DNA from: Octopus vulgaris | Taxonomy: Eukaryota | Reading direction: 5' to 3' | Assembly: GCA_951406725.2 (NCBI GenBank) | Contig: OX597817.1 | Coordinates: 61,442,001-61,506,000 of the forward strand | DNA: 64,000 nt | Shown here: piece after piece, positions 40,536 through 55,653 of the stretch | Position numbering within the stretch: the first letter of the stretch is position 1 | How the letters are laid out: every line of letters begins with the position of its first letter | Translations under genes and position numbers: made by a program | The notes under the pieces: model-generated | Told to the model about the DNA's origin: nothing | What the model saw: only the letters and a program-made list of their open reading frames with translations | Databases searched by the model: none

Positions 40536-43168
40536 ATGAAGAAGAAATTTGGAGGGCACTCAAGAACCTGATATGTTTACCTTCAAGGCAAATGTTGGCA
40601 TGGGGAAGACGGCAAAAACTGCCGGTTTGCTTACCCGAGATCCATCCAAAACTACAAAGGGTCTTAAGAAGAAAAATTTCCCTGAGGAAAGACACCAATC
40701 GTCTCCAAAGAAAAAATATGCAAAAGCAGTGCACTCTTCAGAGGTTATGCACAAAGCAGCAGCTGAGCAAGAGTCTTTGTTTTGTGCAAGGCGCAAAAGA
40801 TTCTGCAGCAGCTGACCTAGTTACATCAAGCGCAAACAAGGAACTTTGCCCACCACTGCGCAAGACCACCATAATCAACAGACATGCGATGGCCTCCCCT
40901 AACGCCTGCACAGTCATCACGCCAAAACTTTTACTAAATATTGAGGGCCTATCGCATCGAAATAAAAACAAAATGTCTTTCTTGACAGATCTTACTGCAT
41001 GCAATCAAGCCCTATGCATAGCACTCGTGGAAACTTACCTCAGCCCTGATATAGAGGATGTAAAAGTACGAGTACCAAAATATGCCATACTGCGAACAGA
41101 CGGAAGGGAAAGGAGCCATGGTGGAGTTGCTGTATACATCCGTGATGACCTCACACCCCAGGACTTACTGCCCTACTCAAATTCGGTATATGACACTCTA
41201 ATTGTATACATACGACAACATAGTATAGTCATATGCAATACATATTGCCCACCAGATGCCCCAAACCACATAGGCAAGTTTGAAGATTGCCTCACAAGAA
41301 TTAAAGGAAATCCTCATGAATCTGGAACACCACGTGACCATATTTCTTATGGGTGATTTCAACTTCCCCAACGTCAAATGGCCCGAAGGTCTCATACTCT
41401 CAGGATTGACTCATTGCAAGCAAGCACAGGTGGAGTCCCTGCTCAACCTCACCAGTGCCCTATTCATGGAACAAGCTGTACTCAGACCGACTAGGGCGAA
41501 TAACATTCTGGATCTCTGCTTCACGAACAATATGGACATCATTCATGATGTGAAAGTGACACCGACATTAGTTTCGGATCACAACATAATAGAGCTGTCT
41601 ATGTTTGGGCCGAAAGTAACCAGAGACATACAGCCTAAAGGAAGCACCTGAAATCTCTCCAATCTGAACTTCCACAAACAGACTGGAAATCGATCCAAAA
41701 AGAGATCCTCAGAGAGGACTGGTCGAAATGTCTCTCCACACCAGACATTGACATGAAACTAGAATTTTTCATGTCTTCTGTGAATGCCATATGCCAGAAC
41801 TATGTCCCAAAGCACAAGATCAAAACGAATATGAACAAGATTCCAAGGGAAAGGAAGATCCTCATGAGACGACGGACGAAGGCTGATAATCGACTCAACC
41901 AACATCCCAAAAGTAGCGGAAGGTCTCGCCTAAAAACAACACTGATAGAGATCGAAAAAAGGCTGCAACAATCTTATGTGAGGGAGAAAGCAGACAAAGA
42001 AGCCTGGGTTATAAAAAACATTAAGTTAAACCCAAAAGCCTTCTTTCATTATGCCAAAGAAACAGCCTCACTACGCTGCAAGATAGGAACCCTCTTCCAA
42101 AAGGATGGCCCACTCACAGACAGTCCAACTATGATCAGTGAGATACTGAATGACCAGTTCAAAAGTGTCTTTACCACCCCGTTGGAACATAGACAAGTGA
42201 ACGAACCAGTGAACTTCTTTGCCGTCTCATCTATAACCAACGAGGCAGTTACAATGGAATACGTCGACATTAGCGAAGAAGATATACTACTAGCCATAGA
42301 TGAAGTGGACACAAACTCAACTGCTGGTCCTGATGGTTTCCCAGCAATCCTCCTCAAATCGAGTAAGCGTGCCTTGGCCAAACCCCTCCAGATTCTCTTC
42401 CAAAGCTTTCTTGCAAATGGCAGACTGCCGAGCAAGCTGAAGGAGGGAATAATATGCCCAATGCATAAAGTAGGAAGGAGAACAGATGCCAAAAACTATA
42501 GGCCTATCTCCCTCACTTCACACATCAGCAAAGTCATGGAACGGATAGTCAGAGGGAAACTAATCGCATTCCTTGAAGAAAATAACTTGCTGAGTGATAC
42601 TCAGCATGGCTTCCGAATAGGTAGAAGCTGCCTGACTCAGCTCTTACAACATTATAACTGGGTGTTGAAGCAGTTATTCAACAACTCAAATGTGGCCGTA
42701 ACATACCTTGATTTTGCAAAAGCTTTTGACAAAGTGGATCATAGTATGATATGCCACAAACTGCGTGATCTTGGCATAGCTGGAAAACTTGGGGAGTGGT
42801 TACATGACTTTCTGAAAGATATAAGTCAGGCAGTAGGGGCCAATGGAGCCCCCTTAATGAAAACACAAATAGTGAGTGGTGTTCCACAAGGCACTGTCTT
42901 GGGACCACTGCTATTCATAGTGGCTTTCTCAGATATGTCCTCAACTGCCCGGATAGCCACCCTTGCTAGCTACGCACACGATACGAAAGTCTCGCAGAAA
43001 ATACAGAACCTCAGCGATGTTGCAAACCTGCAGCAGGAGTTTGACTCAATTTACACATGGGCTGAGGATAATAATATTCAGTTTAATGCTGAAAAATTCC
43101 ACGCCCTTCGCTACGAGCATTCAAAACTGAATATAAAACTTACAGGGTACACTGGTCCAAATGGAATA
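40536..43168 (+). mobile_element. CR1-group LINE (zinc-finger remnant, APE, RT), lacking its 3' end
   Basis: KCWHGEDGKNCRFAY; APE LLLNIEGL, LVETYL, GGVAVY, GDFN, LDLCFT, SDH; [37 protein letters not shown] (mutated YADD). Confidence 0.9.
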
Positions 43169-43244
43169 TATGTATATATATATATATATAGATATATAGA
43201 CATATATATGAATATATATATACATCGATATATATATACATATA

Positions 43245-43299
<55 letters not shown>

Positions 43300-43302
43300 T
43301 AT

Positions 43303-43343
<41 letters not shown>

Positions 43344-43489
43344 CATATATATATATATAGATAGATATAGATATATAGACATATATATATATATAGATAT
43401 ATATATATATATATATATATAGATAGATAGATATATATAGACATATATATATATATATACATAGAGATAGATAGATAGATATATAGACA

Positions 43490-43521
<32 letters not shown>

Positions 43522-43561
43522 CACATAGATATATAGACATATATATATACATAGATATACA

Positions 43562-43599
<38 letters not shown>

Positions 43600-43604
<5 letters not shown>

Positions 43605-43838
43605 AAATTAGAGATAAAACCACTATTAGGCAAATCAAACAATGAAAAACATAAGCCAATACATATAATTAATTAATTAATATTATTTTAAATATATATC
43701 AAAAGTATTAAAAGTTTAATAAAAGATAATGGGTAAAACACTACGATCGTTTCATGCCTGTACAATTCGTAATAATTCGAGTTATGGTTACAGTCAATCT
43801 TCAGGTTAATTGAAATATTCATCTTAGCGAGGTTAGTA
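43600..43838 (-). mobile_element. Penelope-type fragment with long-stem-II HHR (43739-43807)
   Basis: Minus: CTGAAGA-TTGACTGTA...TACAGGCAT-GAAACGATCGTA-GTG; resembles 35790-36010. Confidence 0.6.
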
Positions 43839-43839
43839 T

Positions 43840-43951
<112 letters not shown>

Positions 43952-44006
43952 TATACATAGGTATATATATATATATATATATATAGATATATAGACATAT
44001 ATATAC

Positions 44007-44131
<125 letters not shown>

Positions 44132-44166
44132 GATATATAGACATATATATACATAGATATATATAT

Positions 44167-44281
44167 GGCCATATCACGTCGAAAGCACCGGTTCTCGTCC
44201 GATCACCGAAGTTAAGCAACATCGAGCCTAGTTAGTACTTAGATGGGTGACCGCTTGGGAAACCTAGGTGCTGTAAGCATT
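44167..44281 (+). rRNA. 5S rRNA-derived sequence (5' few nt missing; retroposed copy or element head)
   Basis: GGCCATATCACGTCGAAAGCACCGGTTCTCGTCCGATCACCGAAGTTAAGC...AGTACTTAGATGGGTGACCGCTTGGGAAACCTAGGTGCTGTAAGCAT; box A and box C present; CCTAG/CTAGG helix intact. Confidence 0.9.
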
Positions 44282-47200
44282 ACCTTTTAACAATATAATT
44301 ACAGCTGCGCTGAAGAGCGGTAGTTATAAAAGGATAATAGCTCAGATAGAGCGGAAGAAGCAGGAGTTTGTACGCTCCTATGCACTTATACGATCTCACA
44401 TTGGCACGCTTGATGCCATCTTTGAGAACGAACAAAGTAAAGATGGCATGGATGGAGACACGGGTGCTGATGAAAGAAGTCACCCCCACCTAATAGACAC
44501 CCGGGAAGTAAACCCAAGTGCAAGTGCTCCTACCAGCACCAAAAGCCATGGAGATGAAGAACCCAAAGAAGAAATAAAAGGAGGAAAAACTAAAAGAAAA
44601 ACTCAAACAAAACCAAAAAATGAAACAGCCAAGAATAGAAGTAAAACTGACTATCCATATACCAAAAAGGATGGAAACAAACAGCACACACGGGTGTGTA
44701 GGTTCTACCTGAGAGGTACCTGCTGGCATGGAGAGGCTGCCGTTTTGCACATCGGGGACCCTGCCGCAGAGACACGAAACAGATCAGAAACAAACTAACA
44801 AAAGGAAAAGGGATGGACCACGCACCACCTGCCCCAAAACGGAGGTACGCAGATGTGGTGCGTGCCACAAACCGCCAACATGATGTTGTTGAAAGGGCAG
44901 CTGCTGAACAAGAATCTTTTTTGTGCATGGCACAAAAGATTGTACAGCAGCTAACCTGGCTTCATCAAACCCAAGCTCGCAGATGGGACTACCCACAATA
45001 TACAAGACCACCACAGCAAATAGACCCAAGGTGGACACCGCCGGCAACAGCATACACCTCACCTCGATGCTCCTACTGAACATCAGAGGACTGCAAACAC
45101 TCAGTAACAGGACAAAAATCCCGTTCTTGAGAGACTTTGTTGCATGCAATCAAGCCTTATGCATAGCACTTACGGAAACGCACCTGAAACCGGACATAGC
45201 AGATGCGGAATTACACATACCACAGTATGTTGTACTACGGACCGACAGAAAAGAAAGGAGTCATGGAGGAGTTGCTATGTACATCCGTGAGGACCTCACA
45301 CCCCAGGTCCTTTTGTCATACTCAAACTCGGTGTGTGACACACTAATTGTACATATAAGGCAACTTGATGTAGTTGTGTGTGCTACATATCGCCCTCCAG
45401 ATGCCCCAAGCCATGTAGGCAAGTTTGAAGACTGCCTTATAAAAATAGAAGAAGTTCTAATCACATTAGAACAACACATAAGTGTACTTCTTATGGGAGA
45501 CTTCAATCTACCCAATGTCAGATGGCCCGAGGGCCTTTCTCTCCCAGGAATGACAAGATGTGAACGAGGACAGGCGAGGTCCCTCCTGAACCTCATCAAC
45601 ACCCTGTACATGGAGCAAGTAATACTCCAACCAACCAGGGCAGGTAACACACTGGATCTCTGCTTCACAAATAATATGGATCTCATCCATAATGTGAAAG
45701 TGACACCGACACTACTCTCGGATCACAACATGGTAGAGCTGACCATGTACGGGCCAAAGGAAAGCATGGACATGCAGCCTACAAGAAACCCTCAGAATCT
45801 TTCCAGCTTGAACTTCCATAAGGCAAACTGGAAACAAATTGAGAAAGAGATCCTCAAACAAAACTGGCCTGAATGTCTCTCCTCGCCAGACATCGACGTG
45901 AAACTTCAACAATTCATGTCTGTAATGCAAGCCATATGCTACAAATGTGTCCCAGAGAGAAAGGCCACATGTACACAAGAACAAAATCCCCAGAGAGAGG
46001 AAAATTTTAATGAGACGGCGTACAAAAATTTCAAATCGCCTAAACAAACAAATTGAAAGCAGTGAAAAGTCCCGCCTGAAAATAAAACTGTTGGAAATTG
46101 AAAAATGTCTGCAACTCTCCCATGAAAAGGAAAGAGCAGACAAAGAAGCCTGGGCTATAGACAACATAAAATCTAACCCCAGAGCTTTCTACAGGTATGC
46201 CAAAGAAACAGCTACGGTGCACTGTAGGATAGGGCCACTCCTTGAAAAGGATGGCACACTCTGAGGAAACCAATGAGGGTAAGTGAAATACTGAATGAGC
46301 AATTCAAGAGTGTTTTCACTCCACCCCTTGGGCATTTCCAAATCACCAATCCAACTGACTTCTTTACCACTGCAGATATAAAATCAGAGGCGGCGACGAT
46401 AGATTACATCGATATAAAGGAAGACGATGTAATAAAGGCTATAGATGAAATGAAAACAGACTCAGCTACTGGCCCCGATGGATTCCCGGCAATCCTCCTA
46501 AAAGTATGTAAGAGAGTCCTAGCAAGACCACTGCAGTTCCTCTTTCAGAGCTTCCTTGCAGCTGGCAAACTTCCAAGAAAACTGAAGGAAGGTAAAATAT
46601 GCCCTATTCATAAAGGAGGTAGCAGAGCGGAGGCCAAGAACTACAGACCTATCTCTCTGACCTCACACATCAGCAAGGTCATGGAACGAATAGTCAGAAG
46701 GAAACTGATCACCTTCCTTGAAGAAAATGACTTGCTGCCTGACACCCAACATGGTTTCCGACCAGGAAGAAGCTGCTTAACTCAGCTCCTACAACACTAT
46801 GACTGGGTGCTGAAACGACTGCTCAACCACTCAAATGTGGAAGTGATATATCTTGACTTTGCAAAGGCCTTTGATAAAGTCGATCATGGAATGATATGTC
46901 ACAAACTGCGTGATCTTAGCATAGTTGGAAAACTGGGAGAATGGCTTCATGACTTTCTGAAAGATAGAAGTCAGGTGGTAGTAGCCACTTCCATTAACAC
47001 GCAAATAGTGAGCGGTGTTCCGCAGGGCACTGTTTTGGGACCACTACTGTTCATAATGGCCCTCTCAGACATGCCCTCAGCCACGCAGAGAGCCACGATC
47101 ACAAGTTATGCAGATGATACAAAAGTTTCACAGGCAATACAAAACCCTGAGGACACTAAACGCCTGCAATGGGAGCTGGACAAAATATACAAGTGGGCTG

Positions 47201-48106
47201 AAAAGAATAGCATGCAGTTCAATGCTGAAAAGTTTCAAGCTTTATACTATCAGCATGCAAAACTAAATGCAATACCCAATGAATACACTGGACCCGGAGG
47301 AATTGCAATCCCAGAGGCACAATCAGTGCGTGACCTGGGTATTTACATGAGTGATGACGCAACCTTTCGTGTACATGTTGCTAAATTGGCAATGAAATGT
47401 AGACGACTGGCCGGATGGATTCTCAGAACCTTTAGAACAAGAGAACAAGAAACCATGATGGTCCTCTGGAGGACCTTGTCCTAAGCCACTTTGTCTATTG
47501 CTCTCAGCTATGGTCACCATCCAGTGTCCAGTTGATCACAGAACTTGAGGTGATCCACCGTAGCTACACGAAGAAGATAGCCTCTGTACAGAATATAAGC
47601 TACTGGGAAAGACTCAAGAGATTACAACTCTATTCCTTGGAGCGTAGGCGAGAAAGATATGCCATAATATACATCTGGAAGATCCTGGAGGGACTTGTCC
47701 CAAACTTTGGCATCGAGAGTTACACAAATGCCAGAACTGGGCGCCACTGCGTGGTGCCTAGGACTCCAAATTTGCCATCAAGATGTAGGACAAGATACTG
47801 TGATAGCCTGGGCTTCCGAGGCCCACAGCTCTTCAATATCCTCCCGAAGAACCTAAGAGACCTGCATGGGGTGGATGCAGATGTCTTTAAAATGAAACTG
47901 GATCTCTTCTTGTCAGGTATCCCAGATGAACCAACTTCACGGCAGGAGGTGCAGATGAGGGCAGCTGCATCGAACTCTCTCATGCACCAAATGGCAGTTG
48001 CTAAAAAGCATTCGTGAAGTAAAACCATGTAGCAACACCAAATGGCAGTGCCCCAGCATGGCCACAGCTCGTGAGCTGAAACTAGAATCAATCAATCAAT
48101 CAATCA
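44282..48106 (+). mobile_element. Near-full-length CR1-group LINE (CCCH zinc finger, APE, RT) with a few disabling lesions
   Basis: CRFYLRGTCWHG/GCRFAH; APE in 44923-46056; RT in 46273-47484 with YADD; C-terminus 47532-48017; frameshifts ~45975 and ~47480, stop at 46262; (AATC)n tail. Confidence 0.93.
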
Positions 48107-48187
48107 TATATAGACATATATATATGTATATATATACATAGATATATAGACATATATATGTATATATATCTATCTATCTATATATAT

Positions 48188-48529
48188 ATTGATTGATTGG
48201 TTGATTGATTGATTCTAGTTTCAGCTCATGAGCTGTGGCCATGCTGAGCACCGCCATTTGGTGTTGCTACTTGGTTTTACTTCACGAAGCTTTTTAGCAA
48301 CTGCCATTTGGTGCATGAGAGAGTTCGATGCAGCTGCCCTCATCTGCACCTCCTGCCGTGAAGTTGGTTCATCTGGGACACCTGACAGGAAGAGATCCAG
48401 TTCCATTTTAAAGACATCTGCATCCACTCCATGCAGGTCTCTCAGGTTCTTCGGGAGGATATTGAAGAGCTGTGGGCCTCGGAAGCCCAGGCTATCACAG
48501 TATCTTGTCCTACATCTTGACGGCAAATT

Positions 48530-48531
<2 letters not shown>
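48188..48531 (-). mobile_element. 3' fragment of the same LINE family, tail-to-tail with the previous copy
   Basis: Near-identical reverse complement of ~47768-48105. Confidence 0.9.
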
Positions 48532-48615
<84 letters not shown>

Positions 48616-48629
48616 GATATATAGGCATA

Positions 48630-48667
<38 letters not shown>

Positions 48668-48791
48668 GATATATAGACATATATGTATATATATATATAT
48701 ACATAGATATATAGTCATATATATGTATATATATATATATACATAGATATATAGTCATATATATGTATATATATATATACATAGATATATA

Positions 48792-48841
<50 letters not shown>

Positions 48842-49199
48842 GATATATAGACATATATATATACATAGATATATAGACATATATATATATATACATAGAT
48901 ATATAGACATATATATATATACATAGATATATAGACATATATATATATATACATAGATATATAGACATATATATATATACATAGATATATAGACATATAT
49001 ATGTATATATATATATAGGCATATATATGTATATATATATATACATAGATATATAGACATATATATGTATGTATATATATATATATAGGCATATATATGT
49101 ATATATATATATACATAGATATATAGACATATATATGTATATATATATATATAAGCATATATATGTATATATATATATATACATAGATATATAGACATA

Positions 49200-49237
<38 letters not shown>

Positions 49238-49295
49238 GATATATAGGCATATATATGTATATATAGATATATACACACACACACATATATATATA
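48532..49295. repeat. Compound (TA)n satellite with recurring CATAGATATATAGACA units (also 43170-43600, 43840-44166)
   Basis: direct reading. Confidence 0.9.
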
Positions 49296-49339
49296 TTTAT
49301 CCAAGGCTGTGAAGAGTTTTCTGGACATATATAATGAAA

Positions 49340-49640
49340 TTATCATACAGCTGTATCTGTGGTATTATGGCTATCCCTTCATTAGAGACGTTTTGAGGAG
49401 ATATTTGAGTTCTAATTATTATAGAATAGATATATAAAGATTTTGTAGTTGCAGTTCAATATTTCGAGGTGTATAGAATTGGTAAAACTGCAACTTGTAC
49501 ATGGTATTTAAGTTCTAATAGCATTTCGTGTTTAGTCATTTCAAAGTATTGAACCGTGGATTCAATGTTGCTCGTTCCAAAGTGTTCTGTAGTGTGAATG
49601 GAAATTTGAGAATGTTTTGTTAGCATCTATGGATAGATGG
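49340..49640 (-). mobile_element. Ancient RTE-like ORF2 remnant
   Basis: ANKTF...RTLWN...LKYHVQVAVLPILYTSKY*T resembles RTE TKLKVYRAVVLPTLLYGSETWT. Confidence 0.4.
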
Positions 49641-49791
49641 AGGGAAGAGAGATGTGTATGATTAGAAAGAGGAGGTAGCTCAAATTTGAAACAGGAAGAG
49701 GAAATGAGATGAAGAAAGGGAGAAAAATGAAAAGAATAAAGGAAGAAAACAGTGTTGAAAAAGTTAATCATTGTTTAACAAATGTCATCTT

Positions 49792-49842
<51 letters not shown>

Positions 49843-51155
49843 GTGCACATATCTAGCTATCTATTTGTGTAACTAGCTAGCTGTCTGACTGTGTGCACGT
49901 ATGTATGTCTCTTCTATTTTTTTAATTATTATAAATCCTCCACTGAAGGGGACCCGGTTTCCAATAAAGAAAGAAGGCTCCATCTCTGGGATGTAGTTAA
50001 CATAGACAAATTCACATTTGGAACTTGAGAAAAGTCTTGCATATTTTTAGTGTTTCTCTCACAGATTGCAGTTGTATGTATGTATGTATGTATGTATGTA
50101 TGTATGTATGTATGTATGTATGTATGTATGTATGCATGGATGCATGCATGCATGCATGTATGTATGTATGTATGTATGTATGTATGTATGTATGTATGTA
50201 TGTATGTATGTATATATGTATGTACGTATGTGTATGCATGCATCTATGTGTTTGTTATATTTGTATGTAATGTCGAGTCTGATTTAGTAGGATTTCTGAA
50301 CGTGTGTAGGTGTTGGATAAGACGTATTTTAAATAGCTTAGAGGTGACAGTAATTCAAGTGAAGTAAGCAATGTCTTTGTGGAATAATTTCAATGTCAAG
50401 CGGAAGCTGGTCTAGATTCTACAAATACACATCAAGACCAGTTTGTTTTCCACATCTATGACATTTGAACCTCCAAGAAGAGACAAACCGGAACCAAATG
50501 TAAGAGCATTCATCTCGTTTTCACTGCCTTCGCATTTACTTATATAGAATTCTCAATTTCTTTATCCGTTTATCTATGCGTTTATAGTTATAATTATTTA
50601 TCTGTACGTCTATAATTATAACTACTGTAATTATAATTATCTGTTCCTAATCCGACTAGCTGTAAAAACTTTTTTATATATTTATGCTACCAAATAATGT
50701 GAACATGAGGGGAGGTACATTTTCGTAGTTTTTGCGATTATGTATTTTTATCTTCCTCCACAAGCACAAAAGATTGTTTCGAGCATCTAAACTTCACCTC
50801 CTCCCATTTTCTCTCCCTCTTTATCCTCTTTCACTCCATTTCTCCTCTCTCTTTCTTCCTCTTTTCTCTTACACACACACGCGCGTGCATACATTTCACA
50901 ATAAAGAAAGTAACACACCATTTTATGACCCCCAATTCCACAGTCAAACGAAAAACATTTCAGCCAAATGCATTCGTCCTTCCCTACATTCCTTGCCATA
51001 TATGTAAAGTATATTGCTTTTTAACCTGTCTCTTATAATGAAATATCACTGTTCTCCAAGTTAAAGGGCACAGACACAAATACACGTGTGTGTATGCATG
51101 TGTGCATAGATAGATCGATAGAGCGATCGATAGATAGATGTGAGCATGTGTGTGC

Positions 51156-51199
<44 letters not shown>

Positions 51200-51255
51200 T
51201 TGTTAATAAATAATTGTTAACTGCCTTATCTCCATTTTCTTTCCTTCTTTTAACT

Positions 51256-51319
<64 letters not shown>

Positions 51320-52739
51320 TGAGGAAGTGATTATGTTCTAAGATAAGGTTAGCAATTTTATATTAATCTAATAAATAAATAAGACATAATGTAAAAGTTG
51401 CCCCCTAACCTATAAGTTTAAAGTCCACATCCCCACACATTGATGAATATGAATGCTGCTGTAAATTTCCAAACTTTTGTCTTTGCCCGGGAGAACAATT
51501 ATTTTTCCCCTCTCTGAGAAAACGTATTGTCTAAGAGATACGCGCGTTATGACCTTTTCCCTTATCAGAGCGGTAAACAGACTTTATGACTAAATTCCAT
51601 CTTGCTGTTTTTGTACACTGCTTTCAATTCCAACAATTACTGATTGATTGTCCATTGAACTAGGTTATTGTTCGAATATGTAATTGAATTCCCGTTGTCA
51701 AGTAGGCGTGGTTTGCGAATTTGTAAAGGCACGAGTAATTCACATCAGACGTGCGGTCATTCATCCGCCATTATTTCTGGCTTGTTCTAAAGAAAACTTT
51801 GAAGTTAATCACTGCTTTCCACGCTTTCCGGTCACTCGCGCGAAGCACGAAACGGCATCACCTGTCGCATCCGGTGTATCTACATGCAACATGTGATATA
51901 GTCATCCATCGCGTTCATGTCCACTTGCCCGGTCTCCTCTCAAACATATTCATGTCCACAGTTGAATATCAATTCCGGCATTTTCTTCGTTTTTCAAAGG
52001 GATTAGCAAAAATAGATTATAAGTAAAACGCCATCACCGATGATAACAACAACAAGAATAATAATACAAACAAAAATACTAGTAGAAATTAATCCTAATC
52101 ATCCCTTTTTATTATTTTGGCACGAGGCCGGCAATTTTAGTGGTGGGACAAGCCAATTACATCGATCCCAGTCCTCAGATGGTACTTATTTAATCGACCC
52201 CGAAGAAGATGAAGGCAAAATCAGAACGGAAAAACCTGAAAGAAAGAGAGAGAAGTATTTCGCGGTGTGTGTGTATGTGTGTGCTGGTGTTTATGTGTAT
52301 AAAGAGAATGCGTGAGAGAGAGAGAGAGAAGACACTTTTGAAACAAACAGTAAGAAATTTGTGTTTCACGCTTCCAAAGTCGATAAACTGAAGTGTGAGA
52401 CGCTTCTATTGATTAAATATTCTCTTTTGCTACGAAAGTGTTTCATGTCAATATAAGAAGTCATTACGAGTTCTTGCAATGCCTTCGGTAGACGGAAGAG
52501 TAATCCGAAACTTCTTGTGTAGGCTTGTCCCCGTATTACCCAAGAGGAGCCACAGACCCTATCCTCTATTAGGCATTTTATTTGTTTATTTTTCTGAATT
52601 CTTTTGTTATGTTCTTGTTGTTGATGTTTTTCATTTTTCATTTTAATTGATCTTTTTGTGTGTTGAGTTTCGTTTTTTGATATAGTTCTCAATTTATTGA
52701 GCCCTGGTGGCCAGTAAAAAAAATCATTATCACCGTCGT

Positions 52740-53314
<575 letters not shown>

Positions 53315-54290
53315 CTATTACATATTAATTTAATTACCGAGGATTTTATCATAAGTTTTGCTGACAAGTCTCCTCAAATCTCAAGAATCTTCCTTACGAT
53401 TCCTTACGATTCTGGCAGAATATATTATGGTACTTTTCTGTAAGTCGCCAATGCGAGTTTCAATTCCAGTCTCTTCCAATCTTTTAGGTAGCATTTTGGG
53501 TGTTGTGCCAAGAGCACCGATTACTGCAGTCTCCTCAGTTTTCTGACGAGATGCTGATATTTCTCAATTTTTTAAAATTTCTTTGTTATCTACTCTGCTA
53601 TCATAGGGAACTGCAAAATCTACAATCTAACACTGTTTATTTTACCCTCTATAATAATTTCTAGTTTTCTTGCTACAGTAGTATGGTCGGTCTTTATGAG
53701 GAAGTCCCACAAGATCCTCTAATTCTCATTTTCTATCGCAACCTGTAGTTCCGTGTTCTCACTCACTCAAATGGTGATTGATACTTTCGTCTCCTTTGTT
53801 ACTATGTTTTAAACGAGCTGGTCCAAATCTGCCCCACAGGTCTCAGGCAGCAGCAGGCAGGAATTTTTACTGTTACTTATGATCAGCAGTGATATATTGT
53901 AATAACCAGATTCAGAGAATTAAGATTCCGTTAAATTTATAACATTTTCGATTTTAAAAAAAGTTTTAAGACTATCAGATATTGCCATGTTGACAGTGTT
54001 TTTCGTAGAATGTTGGAAGTAGTTTGAGAATAAATCTTGGTATTTAAGATACTTTGGGGTTTCCTGGTATTTGGCCATAGTGTTTAACAACTCCGTTTGG
54101 TATTGTCCTCAAAGCACCGATGATCACAAAAACAGTTGTTGATCTCAGTTGCCACATTTTAAAGATTTTTATTTCAAGATCTTTTTCGCAGAATTGCATT
54201 CAACTGGAATTGATGTAGCTATGAAGAAACATGTTTTGTCAATTTGATTTTATACACAATATCTTGTCTATAGGCTTGAATAACTCGATA
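53315..54290 (-). mobile_element. Two decayed R4/Dong-type RLE 3' fragments
   Basis: Minus-strand ILWDF, VDFAVPYD, VIGALG motifs; abut (TAA)n. Confidence 0.6.
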
Positions 54291-54896
54291 GGTTGAATAT
54301 TAAAGTCTCAAATAGGAGTGCTATCTTTATTTACAACTATTTTGACGGGCTTATGTCGCCACCAGTTCTTCTGATTTGGGAGTCCAGTGCAAACACTGAC
54401 GAAATCTATCAAGGCGATAAATATATTCAACTGAGACTAGCAGCAAGAGATGAGGTAGGCAATTGTTTCTCTGCCTGTACAATAAGCGCGTCAGGTAGGA
54501 TAAGCACTTCGTACGCACGAAAAGAATGAAACATACGCAAGTGCGCACATGAATGCTCATATACACACATATATACGCATCGAAACTCAATTACTATAGA
54601 GCAAAATATTGAAAAAGAAAAAATAATGTAAATGGTGAAAAGCAATTGTTTTCCTTATCATGAAGTCTATTGCACCCTGTCACAACATCAAAAGATCCAA
54701 TAAACAACGCGTCTGAAAAGAATACGTGCGCGTGCGTGTACGTGTACGTCTATGAATGTAACACGATATATTGACCAAGACAAAGGTCTCACATGTAACA
54801 ATAAATTTGAGCGGGTTTATAAACTATTCATATAAATACAATGCACTTACCAATCGACTCTTTTGTTTATGAACAACGAAAACTAAGATAGATACG

Positions 54897-55143
<247 letters not shown>

Positions 55144-55318
55144 ACAGACAAACACAAATAGATGTGCATGTATGTGTGTATATACTTTGATACTTTGATA
55201 GGTTTCGGCCATTATTGGCCCAGGCCATGTCTAACTTAATAGCACCACCTGGTTTGATATATATATATATATATGAATATATATATATATACGTTTGAAT
55301 ATATATATATATATATAC

Positions 55319-55352
<34 letters not shown>

Positions 55353-55358
<6 letters not shown>

Positions 55359-55640
55359 TGTGAAAATTATAAGGGTAGAAAATTTAGAAAAACTTTCATA
55401 CCGGTGGTTAGCATGCGTAATAAGTCAGTAGACAACATATATAGAAAAGTGTGTAATATTTATAAACAGAGAGGTGCTAGAGAGGGCAGCCAAACCACGA
55501 AACCACGAAAAAGGGCCACCTCTCTGTTTATAAATATTACACACTTTTCTATATATGTTGTCTACTGACTTATTACGCATGCTAACCACCGGTATGAAAG
55601 TTTTTCTAAATTTTCTACCCTTATAATTTTCACAGCATAT
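55353..55640. repeat. Near-perfect fold-back IR (~120-bp arms) between (TA)n
   Basis: gctgtgaaaattataagggtag...aacagagaggt vs acctctctgtt...ctacccttataattttcacagc. Confidence 0.92.
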
Positions 55641-55653
55641 ATATATATATATA

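Noticed and set aside
44167-44281. Functional 5S rDNA array unit
   Set aside because: Single copy, 5' end missing, no spacer, flanked by (TA)n and a LINE.
48062-48082. LINE tail hairpin plus GAAAC as a hammerhead half or SECIS
   Set aside because: No CUGANGA core and no SECIS quartet; better explained as the RT recognition stem-loop.
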